A stretch of DNA of 64,000 nt from Sphaerodactylus townsendi (taxonomy: Eukaryota), in NCBI RefSeq assembly GCF_021028975.2, contig NC_059429.1:81096001-81160000 (forward strand), written 5' to 3'. The position numbers and the translations under genes are program-made. Every line of letters starts with the position of its first letter. Within the stretch, counting starts at the first letter, position 1. Under the pieces are notes generated by a model. It was given only the letters and a program-made list of their open reading frames with translations. It was not told where the DNA came from and did no database searches. This document shows, piece after piece, positions 26,033 through 37,427 of this stretch.

Positions 26033-26395
26033 TAGCACTTCCAGCAGGCCTGCACATTAATACCGTATCCCTTTAGTAGAGTCTTAATGTGTGGAAATGG
26101 GTAGCTGAAGCTTTCATGACATGCAAGTAAATAATATCACCTGATAAAAAGCGCACCCGGACTCACCCGGCGCGCCATTGTGGCAGGGGAGGATTGAGCG
26201 GCTGCTCTCCTTCCCCTTATGCCTCAGAAGGGTGAGTGGTCGTAGCTTGACGGTTAGGAACCATCATGTGCTGACAAGGGGCGGGACGAGGACTATATAA
26301 GAAGCGAGTGCCTGGCTCGGCAAACCATTAAACAACATCCCATTAAACTTCTATAAAACATAAGACGTTTGTTCTCAAGATAGTTGGCAACACCA
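26033..26395 (+). mobile_element. Same MITE family, interrupted by the Ngaro-like 5' fragment
   Basis: cttaatgtgtggaaatgggtagctgaagctttc..atcacctg..catcccattaa..gttggcaac. Confidence 0.7.
26149..26328 (+). mobile_element. 5'-terminal (promoter) fragment of a related Ngaro-type element
   Basis: aaaaagcgcacccggactcacccggcgcgccattgtggcagggg aligns with 35470 aaaaagcagcaaccgaatcaacgggtgcagccattgctgctgggg. Has a GC box at 26278 and TATATAA at 26294, is flanked by taaa/taaa, and interrupts a MITE. Confidence 0.7.
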
Positions 26396-27067
26396 CCTGA
26401 GACATACACTAAATGACCTCTAACCTGAAACATTTGCATGTTCAGTTTGCCATGGGACAGGGGTGTGTTTCAGCCACTATCAGAGAGGTATGACATCCCA
26501 TGTCAACCACCTTTTGGCTTTGTTTATGCTTTGAATCCTGTTATTGACAGGCATCACTGATTAATAGGGCTGCTACCTGATTAAATGAGTCTAAGTTTAC
26601 TAAGCCATCAATCATTTGAAGAAAGAAAGCATGCTTTCTTTGTTTGCAGATGATGTATGTACGGGTCACCAGAGGCACTCTCTTAAAAGTGGCCTTTCTG
26701 TTTGAGGGAGAAAAAAGAACACCTGTTCTAAGGCAGCACTGCCCATCTGCAGAAAACATGTTGCTTGATTAATCAGGGAGCGTTTTTTGTCAATCAAGAG
26801 ATTTTGAAAAAAATCTAATCAATCAACTAAATATTGTATCATCGATGATTGTCACCATGCAAACATGGTGACTATTTGTTATCATGCAAATCCACAATGA
26901 TTGTCATAATAGCAGACCACTTTGTGTATCTTATTTTTGCTACACACTGGTGTTGCTGATAATACCTATCACTCAGCATTAAACAGCTTTCATGGATAGA
27001 TACCACCAGACAATCCTTTTCTTTAGAATCAAGAAAAAGAAGCTTTTCAGATGTACTTCCATGTACA

Positions 27068-27225
27068 TAAGGATGCCAACAGTCTAAAGGGAAAATGCCT
27101 TTCCTCTTGAACAGGAGCTTAATGTGTGGAAATGGAATTCTGAAGCTTTTCAGGGCACAGAAGAAAATGACATCACCTGGTAAATAAAACCCATTAAGGG
27201 ACAGGACAGTTTTTTGACAACCCTT
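27068..27225 (+). mobile_element. Same MITE family, uninterrupted copy
   Basis: taaggatgccaac..cttaatgtgtggaaatgg..ctgaagctttt..catcacctggtaaa..cccattaagggacaggac..ttgacaaccct. Confidence 0.7.
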
Positions 27226-27689
27226 GTTTAGACAACCCTTGTCTTTCTATAACCAGAATTTATGTTTTACTTTTTTAAAACACATCTTACTTCTGTCTAA
27301 GCATTTTTGTGTTTGCCTTGAATTATTCAAAAGCTCTGACCTACTGCTATTTAATTATTTTTCTCTTAAAATACTTTTGACTCAATCAAATCAGTATTAC
27401 GGTTAGAAAATACTTATCATTTTTGTTCATTGTGTGAAGAGTTTGTGGGTACTTATTGGATGTTATAGTCTTGGCAGAGTTTGACAACAAGTATCAGGAT
27501 AATTTGACTCTCCCATTACTATTACTTCTCCCATTACTATTACTTCTCTCTTTTCTACTTCTCTCTCATCAGAAAGGCATCATCCAACTCATCAAGCTGG
27601 CTTGGGTGTCTGTAACAGACACCCTCGATGAGATCACTGCCATTTATCTCCCCCCTAATTTTTACCCAGATGCTCTCAACCTGACTTCC

Positions 27690-27965
27690 AGGATTTAAGT
27701 CCTGGATCTGCTCACAAGTGTAATCATCCCTGATATATAATGCTATTCCTCTTCTTTTCCTAGTTGGTCTGTTTATCTGAAATAGGTTATATTCCTCAAT
27801 TATTGCATTCCAATCATGAGACTCATCCCATCAGGTTTCAGTGATGTCTATTAAATTATATTTGCTTTGCTGTGTTAAGAGTTCAAGTTTGTCTTGTTTA
27901 TTTCCATGCTGTGTGCATTAGTGTAGAGACATCCAAGACCATTGTTTATCCCCTCTGGCTGCTTA
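27690..27965 (-). pseudogene. CR1 LINE endonuclease N-terminus fragment
   Basis: CLYTNAHSM..NKQDKLEL..ITET*WDESHDW..GIALYI. Confidence 0.85.
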
Positions 27966-28062
27966 TTTAAGGTTTTTTCCATTCCACTTTTGGGTTCTTG
28001 AACTATTTGCTCAGTTCTCTCTAAAACCTTCGGGCTATTATCCGTTAGAGTATTTGGCAATA

Positions 28063-28532
28063 TGTGTTAAGTGTTTGTAGGAGCAATGTCAGTTGCACCA
28101 TTGGGTTTAATTGTAAGTTAATCCTGGGCAGCTGGTTAATAAGAGTGACCTTTACCAACTGTTTACTAGTGTTGTAGCTTCTACACACACTCTCTATCCC
28201 TCTCCTCTATTCATATGCATGTTTGTGTGTGTGTTTCTCTCTCTGTGATGCTGTTGCTGCACATGCTGCCTGCTATCTCCTATTTGCAGTGTTGCTGTGT
28301 TGTTATGATGTGCTATCTGCTATGACATGCTTTGTATGCATGTAAGTCTGGTGTTTTTTACTTGCCGCTGCTTGAGCACTTATGTTTTGACTTCTTCTGT
28401 TGTAAGTATGTTTTTTATGTAGCCTGCATTATTTTTAAACACTATAAAGAAATAACTGTCTTAAGCAACTCTGCTGTGCATATTTTTTGCTCTGGTAGAA
28501 GCTGAGTGGCTTCAGCTTCAGTCCTTCTATCA
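28063..28532 (+). mobile_element. LTR-like insertion splitting the CR1 copy
   Basis: TG..CA ends and TG-rich interior; lies between the colinear CR1 ORF1 and ORF2 pieces. TSD unclear. Confidence 0.4.
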
Positions 28533-28559
28533 TTATCTCTAGCACTTGATGAACTTCTG

Positions 28560-28812
28560 CCCACTTGGATATTGCCTCCCTCCCCCACATAACTCAGTTT
28601 AAAGTCCTCCTGATCAGGTTTGCTGGCTTCCTAGCAAAAATGTTCTTACTTACAGCTATGAGGTGCGACCCATCCCTTGCCAGTAGTCCATCTTCATGGA
28701 ACTGTAGACCATGGTCCAAGAAGCCAAAACGTTCCTGGTGGCACCACTTGAGAAGCCAGTTGTTCACCTCCAGTACTCTTTTTTCCCTCCCTGGGTCATG
28801 TCCCCTGGATAG
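28560..28812 (-). pseudogene. CR1 LINE ORF1 (esterase) C-terminus fragment
   Basis: Minus strand VNNWLLKWCHQERFGFLDHG..LLARDGSHL..LIRRTLN*; colinear with the endonuclease fragment. Confidence 0.85.
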
Positions 28813-29377
28813 CTCAAGGGCTTAGGATGAAGGCTATGAGGTTTTATTGTTAGGTTCTGTGGGGCAGATTGTGAGCAAAACTCCAACAGCTTGCTGGCCC
28901 CATCAGCTCTCAAAGATCAATATGTTTTTGCCTGCTGCTAAGATGCAGTGTGTCACTGTCAGAAAGTACCTAAATTATCTGAACAGCGCTAAGAGGTAAT
29001 ACCAATTCTCTTTCCCACAGAAACCTGTTAGTTGCTTTTATCCTTGTTTGTTCAGTGGAGGAGAAACCTTCCTATCTTTTTCTCAAGAGGATGATGCTTC
29101 AAAGAAGAAAACTCTTTTTTGAGGGGTGTGTGTGTTACTTTTCCTTGTCAATTTCTTGGTCACATTTTTCTCCTTTGATGAAGTTTGCCAACCCTGAAAA
29201 AATGAGCGTGATTGGATCACTGTGCTAAATGAATCAGTGGGTGCTGACAAAGTGAGAAAACAGCCAGGCATTTACCTCAAGAGGATGACCTACATCTTCA
29301 TACAAATACTCTGCGGGTGCAGATGGAAGACAGCAAAGAGCCCCTTGGACTTTTGACACAGAGTTTAGGGGAGTATC

Positions 29378-30029
29378 ATGAGGGGGCGCCTTTCGAGACC
29401 ACATTCAGCCCGTGTTGCGCCAGCTGCATTGGCTCCCCGTGGAATTCCGAATCATCTTCAAGGTGTGGGTTTTGACCTTTAAGGCCTTACGCGGCCTGGG
29501 ACCCTTGTACCTTGGGGACCGCATTACCCCATATGTCCCTACTCGGCCTCTGCGCTCAGCAGAGGCCAATTTGCTGGTGGTTCCCGGCCCCTCAATGATG
29601 TGGCTGGCCTCCACGCAGACCAGGGCCTTCACAGGAACATTCTTCCTCCAGCTGTCCAGGCCCTGCGGGATCTTGGTGAATTCCGCAGGGCCTGCAAGAC
29701 TGAGTTGGCTTTGGAGTGACCAGCCGCTGAGTGTGGTGCCCCCTTTCTGCTCTTTTACATCTGGGTAATCCTCCTATGGAGGGGTCCAGCCGTTCCCCCC
29801 TTTTTTGGGGGAGGGTTTTTTAAATGGGTTTACCAGATGCCTTTTATCGTATTAACCACTGTTTTAAATGGAATTTTAGTAAGTTTTAATGATTATTTAA
29901 ATGGAGGGAGCCTATGTAATTTGTTGTTGTGTATTTGTATGGTTTGCTCCTTTAATCTAGTTATTGTGGTGATTATATTTGGTTACACTACCCGGAACCC
30001 CTTAGGGATATAGGGTAGGTATGCAAAAA

Positions 30030-30092
<63 letters not shown>
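29378..30092 (+). mobile_element. L2-clade LINE 3' fragment with (AAAT)n tail
   Basis: HIQPVLRQLHWLPVEFRIIFKV..TFKALRGLGP.YL..RPLRS; (aaat)n at 30027-30092. Confidence 0.9.
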
Positions 30093-30479
30093 AATTAAAA
30101 AAAAGTATTTAGAGACCATTTCCAAGAATATGTTACACAAAATACAAACACATGCTGGCATTTTCTTTGTCTACAAATTGTCATGCAAGCTTCATTCTTG
30201 TTCTTTCTTCATTCTGTGTTATAAGTATCTGCGAGCAGAGCCTAACACTGTCAAGTTAGTATCAGAATGTGTGTGCCAAGTGCAGCCAAGTTATAGCTGA
30301 TTTATGGCAACACCTGGTGGAGATTCTAAAGCAAGTGATTAAGGAGAGATGGTTTTCCATTACCTTCCTCTGCAGAGTCTTTCTTGGAGGTCTCCCTTCC
30401 TAGTTCTGACCTTGAGTAACTTCCAGGATCTGATGAGATCGGGCTATATTATATCCTCTTACACCCCTAATATCAAAAC

Positions 30480-31651
30480 TGGGGTGTGAAAAAAATATTT
30501 TTTCAGATTTGGATATATTGGACCCAAAATATTGTTATTTCCAAAATTCCTGAATTCCAGTAGTGAAATTTGTACACACACACACACACACGGAATCTGA
30601 AATTTTTGGTCCATTATTCCTTGTGTGGACATTTTCTAGGTGGCTGGGAGGGCTGTGTTTGAAGATACAGGCACCAAAATTGCAGTGGAGCTGTTGGTGC
30701 CTGTCCTTTAAATAACATACACATTTTAAGGAGATTGGACCAAGTCACCCAGTTCTGTGGGCCCCTGAACAGGATGTCCCCACCTAAAACAGAAGAAAGG
30801 AGAAAAAACCCTCCAAGCTGCTTCCAGGCAAAAGCCATGTCTTCAAGCAGTAATCACTGGTCACATCATGCCTCCCATGGAAGAACCAAAAGAATCACTC
30901 AAGAACCCAGTAACACCCAGTGTAACAGAAAGCCAATCTGTCAAGTGAAACAGAACTAGAATCAACCCGGAGAATCTCTACAGTGGAAATTCCAGGTGGG
31001 AGGGCAAGCAGAACAGAACCAATGGCAATGTGCAGAATGCTCATCAGAACCCAGAACCACGGAGAAGTACAAGCACAACAAAATTAATATAAAACCAGAG
31101 AATCTCTGCAGTGAAAACTGAAGGTGGGACTGCACTTTTGCACATCCAGCAGAACCAATTGCAGTGTACTAATTCTCAGCAGAACCCAGTGCCAGTCTGG
31201 CAGTGCAAGCTCAACAGATCTACTGTGCATCCAGAAAAATCACAGATGGTAGAACAAATCTAAGCTGGTGGTTGCAATGTACATAATGTCCAGCAGAACC
31301 CAGTGCCACAGTGGCAGGGCAAGCTCAACATGACTAATATCAAACCAGAGAAGAACAAATCCAAACTCTGAGCAATAAACAAAATGGTAAAAACCTGGAA
31401 GGGAACACAAAGCAATTCATCTAAAGAAAAAAACCCTCTTGAAACTGTCTGACAAAGAAACCTGAAACTGACAGAGGCAGCCTGGCAAGCCCACAGCATT
31501 TTCCCAAGATATAAAACCAAAGAGAAGAAAAGAAGAGAAGAATAAATACTCCACATAACCTTGATAATACTTTTCAATCTTCCTGGTAAATCCCAAATAT
31601 TTCTGGAATTTTAAGGACTATTTGTTCAGTTTCCTGAATATACCCAAGCTA
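30480..31651. mobile_element. Degraded non-autonomous hAT-like element with an internal tandem array (~30960-31340)
   Basis: Decayed ccgaa-type subterminal motifs, module shared with 44480-45180 (gcaccaaaatt.., gggccc), repeated cagcagaacccagtgcca. No TSD seen. Confidence 0.5.
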
Positions 31652-32861
31652 GGTACACCAGTAGATCAGATATGATGGAGGCCCAAGGTGATGTGGAGGA
31701 ATTTGCTGAAGACTTACAATGAAGAAATACGGAGAGATACTCTAAAGAGAAATTATGGATGAAATACAAGCAGTAAGCATTAATGGCTCAAAATCTAAAG
31801 GTCTGTGCTACCTTGTTGATAGTCAGGAACTGAAGTCTCTGTGAGGCACTGCCTCTTGTCATAATCACTCCTTCCCTCTGTATCCAGGCCACTGATCTTT
31901 CTCCATGGCTCTTATCCCTTCTTTGACTATCCATGTCATGTGAAATGTGACTTGTACCTCCAAAAAGTTCAATCATCTTTCTAATTCAGTGATTTTCATC
32001 TTTGTCTGGTAGGACTCTTATGTCTTTAACAGTTGGATAACAGACAGAAATAAAGCGGGTCAAACTGTGTCTCTCTGAGATAAGAACAGCTGAAGCTGCT
32101 GAATTTTTGCCACTCGGGCAAAGAAGACCTCAAGAAAGAGAAGGTGAACCTTACTCTCATATACCTTCATGGGTTTGTTCAGGGTTCAGCTGCTTGCATT
32201 CCCTTAGTTTTTTCCCCCTCAGTCTTACCCACATGTCAGTCAGGGATACTATTTAGGTGGAGTGAATGGGAAGGGTTACCCCTCATTGATTTAAGACCAC
32301 ATGTGATTTATTCTTCCAGAGCACCTATATCTCTGGATGTTCATGGGTTCCTCCGCACAGCGACTACACACATTTCACAGATTTAGCTATAGCCACAATG
32401 AGCGGCAGGAAATTTCTCAAAATGTCTCTTTGATTTATAGCTCTAGTTTATTCTCCAGGAGGCCGGCAAGTTGCCCTTAGCACATGAAACCTCAGAGGGA
32501 TAAATAATTTAACAGGTGGTTAAATATTCTTTAAGGTCTAGAGAACACCAGCAGGGGCACAGATTTTAGGGTGAAGATGAAATTACAAATTGAGCACAAG
32601 AAAAAAGGATGGGTGAGGGAAGCTACAGAAAGAACTGACATCACTTTCCAGTCCTGGCAATTTGACACCCGCTGTCCAGCTTGTTTAATTTGTACAGTAA
32701 GGCAAAAGTGGCACTGAAATCAGCTTCCATAAGTGGGGTGACCAGGTAAAAGCAGGCACAAAACAAGAGATACGACAGAAACCAGAATCCAAAAAAGGCA
32801 GATTGTCCTGTACTGCAAGAAAAGAGATCAAGGCTGAAGGAGAACTGCACAGGCCTAAGTA

Positions 32862-32862
32862 G

Positions 32863-32925
<63 letters not shown>
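32862..32925. repeat. (GCCT)n microsatellite
   Basis: Perfect tetranucleotide run. Confidence 0.97.
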
Positions 32926-32991
32926 TTACTCACTACCCTTTGCTGCGGTCTCAGGGCAAGTTACAATTTTTTTTAAAGCCTTGAGATCCAT

Positions 32992-33144
32992 GGACCCCTT
33001 CCGTACATGCAGAATAATGCAGATTCAATCCACTTTCACAATTGTTTGAAAGTGGATCTTGCTATTCCGCACAGCAAAATCCATCTTCAAAGTGCATTGA
33101 AAGTGGATTGAAAGTGTATTATTCTGCATGTGTGGAAGGAAGCT
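32992..33144. mobile_element. ~150 bp palindromic Harbinger-like MITE
   Basis: ccttccgtacatgcagaataat / attattctgcatgtgtggaagg; homologous to 51603-51743. Confidence 0.8.
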
Positions 33145-34129
33145 CAGCTGTAGGCAAAATTCCTAGAAGTGGGTGTTTCCCCAATGTTGGACATTTATAT
33201 TGGAAAGCTATGATAGAATGAGAAGCAATTGAGGACTGAGGAAAACCTCATAAAGGTGAGCTAAATATAAAGGCAACTCTTCCATTTACCATACTGTTTA
33301 GGAGGGATATCTCTAGGTACTGACTCTTGGAACTTTTTGTACAAGGCAGTAATTAAATCCATTATGCTTTCAATAGTATCTCTATCAGGATAGAAAGACC
33401 TTGGATGGAGGTGGGGGGGGGGGCTGTCAAGTCACAGCTGACTTATGGCGATTCTATACCCAAGGGAAAGGATAATGAGAGCTACTCCATTTGTAGCACT
33501 GTGTGGACAACTGCTTTTTGGAACTTGTGGGTAGTATGGTAGAGCAGTCCGGCCCTGAGTCAGAAAAGGTTGAGATAAAAACCATATCTCAACACAAAAT
33601 GATCAGTAATGTATTATTCTAGAATCTAAATCATGTAACTTGTATATTATTCCAATTTGTGTATATAATAAAATCTTTTTAATTCAATTCTATGTCTCCA
33701 TTTCTGTATGTACAGCCCAAAATATTTGTTCCTCTATATATGTGAACTCAATCACACACACTATATATATGAACTCAATAACATAAAACATATTACAGAG
33801 CAGTATATCTTTTTCTATATGATAATCATACAACTAGTGTCGATTAAAACAATGCAGTCATAGGTTTCCATCATATGCAAAATACATTAAGGTTTCACAA
33901 CTTATGACGCGTGCTACGAGGCTCCTGGTTATTTTCCTATTTCATGCCAGATGATACTGCTGACAGAATCTTCAACCAACTCATAATGTATTGAATCTTC
34001 TGTGTTGCCAGTATCATGTGGCAGATTTCATATTCACTGAGGAAGGATGATTGATGAAATACTGATTATTCATACAAATGAACAAGACGCAGCTGGAGTG
34101 CAGGAGTTCTTATCCGAGGAAGTGTCTCT

Positions 34130-34390
34130 TCTGGACATGTGGAGAGAAGTGCAGAGTGGTAAGCTGCAGTACTGGAGTCAAAGCTCTACTCACAACCTGA
34201 GTTCTATCCTGGCAGGTAGCTGGGTCAAGGTTGACTCTACCTTCCATTCTTCTGAGGTCAGTAAAAAAAGTATTCAGCTTGCTGGGCATAAAGGGCAGGT
34301 GACTGTGGAAGGCAATTGCAAGCCTCCGTGTAAATATAGTCTGCCTAATAAACATTGTGATGTGATGTCACCCTGGTACTAGAACCAGAG
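34130..34390 (+). mobile_element. Sauria SINE-like element
   Basis: caaggttgactctaccttccattcttctgaggtcagtaaaa core with ggaaggcaat tail. Confidence 0.7.
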
Positions 34391-35580
34391 AGTACCTTTA
34401 CCTTTAAATTAATAACAAATATAGATGAACATGGGAAGCAGATAAAAGATAGATTGGTGAATGACTGAGGAGGTGAGAATGAGGTAGGAAAAGAAGAGAG
34501 GATAAAGGGAAATAATATGGGGAAGGGGGTACACTGGAAAGTCCTTGCTCCCTACCATGCAACTGGGCCTGGCTCATAACTGGGTCATATTTTTCCAGGT
34601 AGTTGGTTCCGGAGCAGTTAAAGATAAGTTGGCTGTTGGGGGGCGGGGGGAGTGGGAAGGAGAGAAAGAACAGAGAACAGGCTATGGGGGTTTTCAGAAA
34701 AGAGAAAGGAAATAGTGGAGCAGGAAAAAAATGAGATATCCCCCACAAGTCCTTGCAAGTCCCTGCTTGTGTGTGTGTGGATGAATATGGAAAAGAAAGA
34801 AGAAAGGATGATAGTGAAAAATCCTTGGTTTGAAGTCAAAGGTAGGGCTCCTTTTTGGCGGATGTGATCGGGAACACAGCACAGCTGCCAAGAGATTAAG
34901 CTGTTACATGTTACTGTTGTTCAAGTACCAGCCCTCCAATCACACAAAGCCACCCCTAGACCACATTTCACTGCCTGTTGCATTCTGTTCCATCACCCCT
35001 TCCTTTATAAGTTGCCAAGCACAGTTGAAGGAGCTGACATTTCCAGCCTGGCTAACAGGAAGACAGGATGATTTTTCTTATGGTGTCTTTTTGACATGCT
35101 AACGTTGCTGAGGCACACACTCATGAATCCCAGGATTGGAAGGTGAGCAAATAACCTTTTCAAAAGAAGGCAGCGCTGCTCAGAGATACAGCTGTGGGTG
35201 CTAGACCTTGCAGGATTTTAATGAAGACACTCAGGAGATGGGTGAGGAGGGGAGCAAGTCATTGTGAAAAAGCTGAGGGTGTCATGGATTTCAGCTGTCT
35301 TTACATGCTGAAAAAACCCTGAGACAGGTGCATTTGTGTATATTGTGGGATTCTAAGAAGTAAGAGGGGAAATAGTTCCCTGTGACCATGAAAAATATTT
35401 TGCTTGGTGTGGGATAGAGTTGCTAAACACCTGAAGGAAAAACCTTGCCCCTAGAGGCTTATGTGTAGAAAAAAGCAGCAACCGAATCAACGGGTGCAGC
35501 CATTGCTGCTGGGGTGAGCTAAGGAGGCAAAATAAGTCTGCAAAGCATACCCGGACGGCATGCTGCAGGAGGGTGCAATG

Positions 35581-35624
35581 ATTGGCTCCGGGCCGGTAAA
35601 GGCGGGAGGAGCCTGAGTATAAAA
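35581..35624 (+). promoter_or_regulatory. Pol II promoter of the Ngaro-type element
   Basis: ATTGG (inverted CCAAT) 35581, GGCGGG 35601 and TATAAAA 35618, in canonical order and spacing upstream of ORF1. Confidence 0.7.
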
Positions 35625-35902
35625 GGGGCACCATACCCAGAGCTCATCCTTCTTGGCGGCGAGACTCAGAAAGGCGTGGTGCACGGAGACCGAGTCAAGC
35701 GTAAGGCCAAGAAGGAGCCTGACAGGGTATTTGCAGCTTGGTTTTCCCCCTCTTTTACTTAAGTCAACCCTCACTCTAGCTTTCTGCTTAAGCCCTCTCC
35801 TTCTTGCTCATTCCTTCACCCTAACACTTAACCTTTCCTTTCTTTCTCTGCACCCCCACTCTTCCTTCCAGCTGCCTACCCAGTTGAGGGGCTTTGGTTG
35901 CG

Positions 35903-37414
35903 ATGCCTCCAAAACGCTCCAAGAGCAAGGAGTCCCCTGGGAGGGAGCAATTCCCTTCGGGTAGGGCGAGGGCCCTCCTGAATAGGGTCCGAGCCTAGAC
36001 GGGCCCCGGGGCCGGCGGGGATGACCCGGTGGTTGGGTGTATCGGTGCAGCTGCCCGAGCAGCTGCAGCTGCAACCCTGGGCCTATCCCCGATAGGTCGG
36101 GGACGGGGAGTGGGCGCCGCGGGGCAACTCTCCTCAACCGGGAGGGGGCTCGGCTGCGGCGCGGCAGGGGAGGCCTCCACGGCGGCGGAGCCTCCTCTGG
36201 GCCCGGACGCGCACCCTCTTTCTTCGGGTGCAGTGTCGACGGCGGACCAGGCGCCTAGCTCTAGCCTGGTAAAGAGCCTGGCAGACACGCTGCTTCATCT
36301 TTCTCAGGCCCTTAGTGGGTCTTCTGGGAGCCTTGGGGCCCCTGTCGAGTCTGAGGACCTGGCACCATCAACGTCGGCGGCCGCCGGTGCGAGGGAAGCG
36401 GGCCCTTTGGAGCAGCCGGTTCAAGAATTCCAGCTCTCTCCTCCCGGAAGTGCTTTGACATCTGTCAATGCGTCAGTGGGCCCATCCGAGAGGGAAGGAC
36501 GGAGAAGGAAGCACTCGTCGCGGCATTCCCGTTCGTCTCACTGGTCTCCCAGCTCGTCTTCGTCCAGTGAGTCGATCAAGGACGACGAGATGCAGGCCAG
36601 CGGGGAGTATTGGTATCAAGGGGAGAAGGTACCCGCTTTGCCCTCTTGGTTAGCCAAGCGCAGGCGCCTTCGGGGACCAGAGGCACCATCTACTGGCTCA
36701 GCCTCTGATGACAATGGGAACCCTCCCGGGTCCCACCTGCCTAGGAAGCTGCGGGAGCGGGCCTTGGACGGGTATTACATGGACATATTTAAATGCTTGC
36801 GGCGGGAGGACGAGCAAGGTTTGTCCGGGGGCAAGGCCGACAGGAAAAAGAAAGACCCCCTGGCGGCAGAACGCAACTTTGATAACTGGTTGCAAGGTTT
36901 CAGCGAGTATTTAGCTTTAATAGCGGCCGCTTACCCTTTGTGGGCCTGACACCTGGTAACTCACATGTCGCACGTTTTGCAGGCCCGATCCTTAGCCGGG
37001 GAGGCCGCGGCCATAGCATACGATGAGGCAATTAGAAAGAACGCCTCGCATAAAAGCCGCTTCCGCTGGGACCTTATTCATGACCAAATGTGGATGGTAG
37101 TAGTCCAGCCGGCCATGAGAGGGGCTCACGACCCCGCTGTCAATGACAGACCCCCTAAGGGCCCTTCAGCAGGAAAAGGGACAGGAAAAGGGACAGGAAA
37201 AGGGATGTGCTGGGAGTTTAACAGGGGCTCTTGCCAACGAGCCAGGTGTAAGTATGAACACGTTTGCTCGAACTGCTCTGCAAATCACAGCAGGGTGAAT
37301 TGCCCAAAACCAGCAGGTCGCCCTTCTTTTCGGCAGGCCCGGTTCCCTGGCGCCGGGCACCCACAAAAGGACGCTGGCAGCCAGGGCGGCGGGGCCGCCT
37401 CCCAAAAGCACTGA
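35903..37414 (+). pseudogene. Gag-like ORF1 of the Ngaro-type element, interrupted by two in-frame stops
   Basis: ATG at 35903 (MPPKRSK..) is in frame with track ORFs 36029-36949 and 36965-37414, with stops TAG 35996-35998 and TGA 36947-36949. C-terminal CWEFNRGSCQRARCKYEH (CCCH finger) is followed by CSNCSANHSRVNC (CCHC-like knuckle). Confidence 0.85.
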
Positions 37415-37427
37415 CACCCCAGCCCCT

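Noticed and set aside
27508-27548. Short exact tandem duplications (also 47957-47992, 58410-58455)
   Set aside because: Ordinary slippage duplications with no further structure.
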